A stretch of DNA of 64,000 bases from Chiloscyllium plagiosum. Its lineage: Eukaryota. Position numbers and translations under genes: made by a program. Below the pieces are notes generated by a model that searched no databases, was not told the origin of the DNA, and saw nothing but the letters and a program-made list of their open reading frames with translations. Location: positions 67,601,048 through 67,665,047 of the forward strand of contig NC_057719.1 in assembly GCF_004010195.1 (NCBI RefSeq). Reading direction: 5' to 3'. Shown piece by piece: positions 62,308-64,000 of the stretch; position 1 is the stretch's first letter; the number at the start of each line of letters is the position of its first letter.

Positions 62308-63305
62308 TGGCAAGCAGACTCTGATCAATACAGGTGCTGCCAAAGGAGAATGATTCAGTTAGTAATGACTAACAGTTAACTGTCAATATTTGTTTACATA
62401 TTAAACCAGACAGGTTAAAGATGATATTTTCTTGTTATTTATCACGCAAAACCATGAATGGGTCTAAGACCATCACTTTTGATCTGAAAAGTTCCAAATC
62501 TACCCAAAAGAAATCTTGGAAAGGTAAAGTGAAGCATTGCAAATATTTGAGCAACGTGTTAAGCTTGTTGTTTCATGCTGCTAATATGTAGTGACAACGT
62601 AACTGGTATTTGCTATGAACAGGATGCTGCCATTAAGCCAGAAGAAATATTCTGCCTATCACACAAATGCATACTGTGATATGTGAATTTCAGTGCTGGT
62701 GTGATGCTAGATATGTAGGTTATATTTGACAAAGACTATTGCATCATATCAAATAACATATCCTTTTGGCTGTTCCCAAGGTACAAATTGTATTCAACAA
62801 GCCCATGCTTGGAGAGCTCTCAACAGTGTCTATCATTATAGGTCATTCCACATTTGGACAACATTTGTTACAAATCCTGAGTGTGTAAAGACTGTTTTGC
62901 GCTGAAGCTTAGAATTGTCAATTGCCTTTGCAATATGAGTACTAGAATGTGTAGGAAACTATACATTAATACCCAGGCTACTTTTTTTTTCTGAAAAAGA
63001 ACACAAGCACATACTCCCCAGTTCAATGCAATAAAAGAAATGACAAACTATTCTCTTGTTCATTTCGCAGAGCAGTGCTTTGATCAATCAGGATCAACAT
63101 TGAAACAAAGTTTAACAGTTAACTGTCAATCATTGTTGACTGATGCATTCTCCATGGTGGGATCTCTACCCATCAGTATGCATTTGCCAACCAATCATTA
63201 CTCTCCTCTCATAACATACACATGCTGTTTTCACTTTACTTCGGAATTCCTTGCAAATTTTCCTGATTAGTGCAAGAGAACAAGCGCTGACAAAATATTT
63301 CAAGC
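62308..63305 (+). mobile_element. Old Penelope-like element of a different lineage: inverted pLTR piece, GIY-YIG and pLTR
   Basis: ILPITQMHTVICEFQCWCDARYVGYI*QRLLHHIK*H (62648-62760) is a VYxFxCxC..YVG GIY-YIG motif. 62308-62390 is an inverted homologue of 63112-63190. A degenerate ctgattagtgcaagagaac core lies at ~63263. Confidence 0.75.
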
Positions 63306-63472
63306 TGTAGTTCATTGCTTGATTACAACCAGTGCAAGTTATACTGAAATGAGCATCATCCTGGTGGATTGCGCTTAAAGCACTCTTCAACATTAATCTT
63401 TTCAGGTCCTTACCCTGTTATACAACACTTTTCAATAACTCTCTGGGTATCCCTGCAATCTGTATCTCTCTA

Positions 63473-63607
63473 AAGACTGAAAGAACTGCGGATGCTGTAA
63501 ATCAGAAACAAAAACAGAAGTTGCTGGAAAAGCTCAACAGGTCTGGCAGCATCTGTTAAGAGAAATCAGAGTTAACATTTCGGGTCCAGTGACCCTTCCT
63601 CAGAACA
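63473..63607 (-). mobile_element. Solo PLE pLTR insertion with hammerhead core and 12-bp TSD
   Basis: The minus strand reads gtt-CTGAGGA-A-GGGTC-ACTG-GACCC-GAAA-TG-TT-aac. tgtatctctcta occurs at 63461-63472 and 63608-63619. Confidence 0.88.
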
Positions 63608-64000
63608 TGTATCTCTCTACTGTGTTTCATCTAATACTCTTAATTCACAACTTGTAGGAGAGAGTGCGAGACCTGGAATAGTCCTTCCCATTCTCGGGAT
63701 CTTTCCTGGTCTGCTCTCCATTCCTGCTACAGCATGAAAGCGTCATGTGCAGTTTAGCCCTTTTGGGTGACTTTAGAAGTGCCTTTAATTAACAATTCTT
63801 CCTTTGACACACTCGGCACATAATCAATTCTTTGATTAACTAGGGAACTCAAAGGTACATGCTAGTACTCTGTTAATGGCCCTGGCAAAGCTAACTGCTA
63901 TTGTAAATGGATACCTGGCCTAATGGTCCCACTGTTTTGTCAGAAACCAGCAGATAAAAACCCCAGCCTTTGATTCTACGATGGATTCCACTTTAAATAA

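Noticed and set aside
1..64000. CRISPR array, operons or rRNA
   Set aside because: No regularly spaced repeat-spacer array, no dense coding sequence and no rRNA-like sequence were seen.

Overview
This is repeat-rich, AT-rich vertebrate genomic DNA, not prokaryotic. The repeat set points to a cartilaginous fish, probably a shark (inferred from my recognition of the families, not from a database search): CR1/HER1-like LINEs, HE1-type V-SINEs, DeuSINEs, Rex1/Babar, L2, RTE, Penelope-like elements, Gypsy and Harbinger relics. I found no intact host protein-coding gene. Every recognisable ORF is a broken transposon fragment, so the window is intergenic or deep intronic. There are two N gaps (5034-5137 and 21254-21607), both inside Penelope-like elements (PLEs). 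The most striking pattern is a set of fold-back (palindromic) PLE pseudo-LTR insertions from at least three sequence families, each carrying minimal hammerhead-ribozyme cores (CTGANGA...GAAA). Most have 8-15 bp target-site duplications (TSDs) and 1-4 nt microhomology at the truncated arm. In the short copies the symmetry centre repeatedly sits just 5' of the ribozyme core. Also present are spliced Harbinger Myb/SANT and transposase relics, two decayed Gypsy proviruses, a solo LTR, and several repeat-free islands with homeodomain motif clusters (candidate enhancers). Boundaries of old repeats are approximate (tens of bp). All family assignments are by-eye motif matches.
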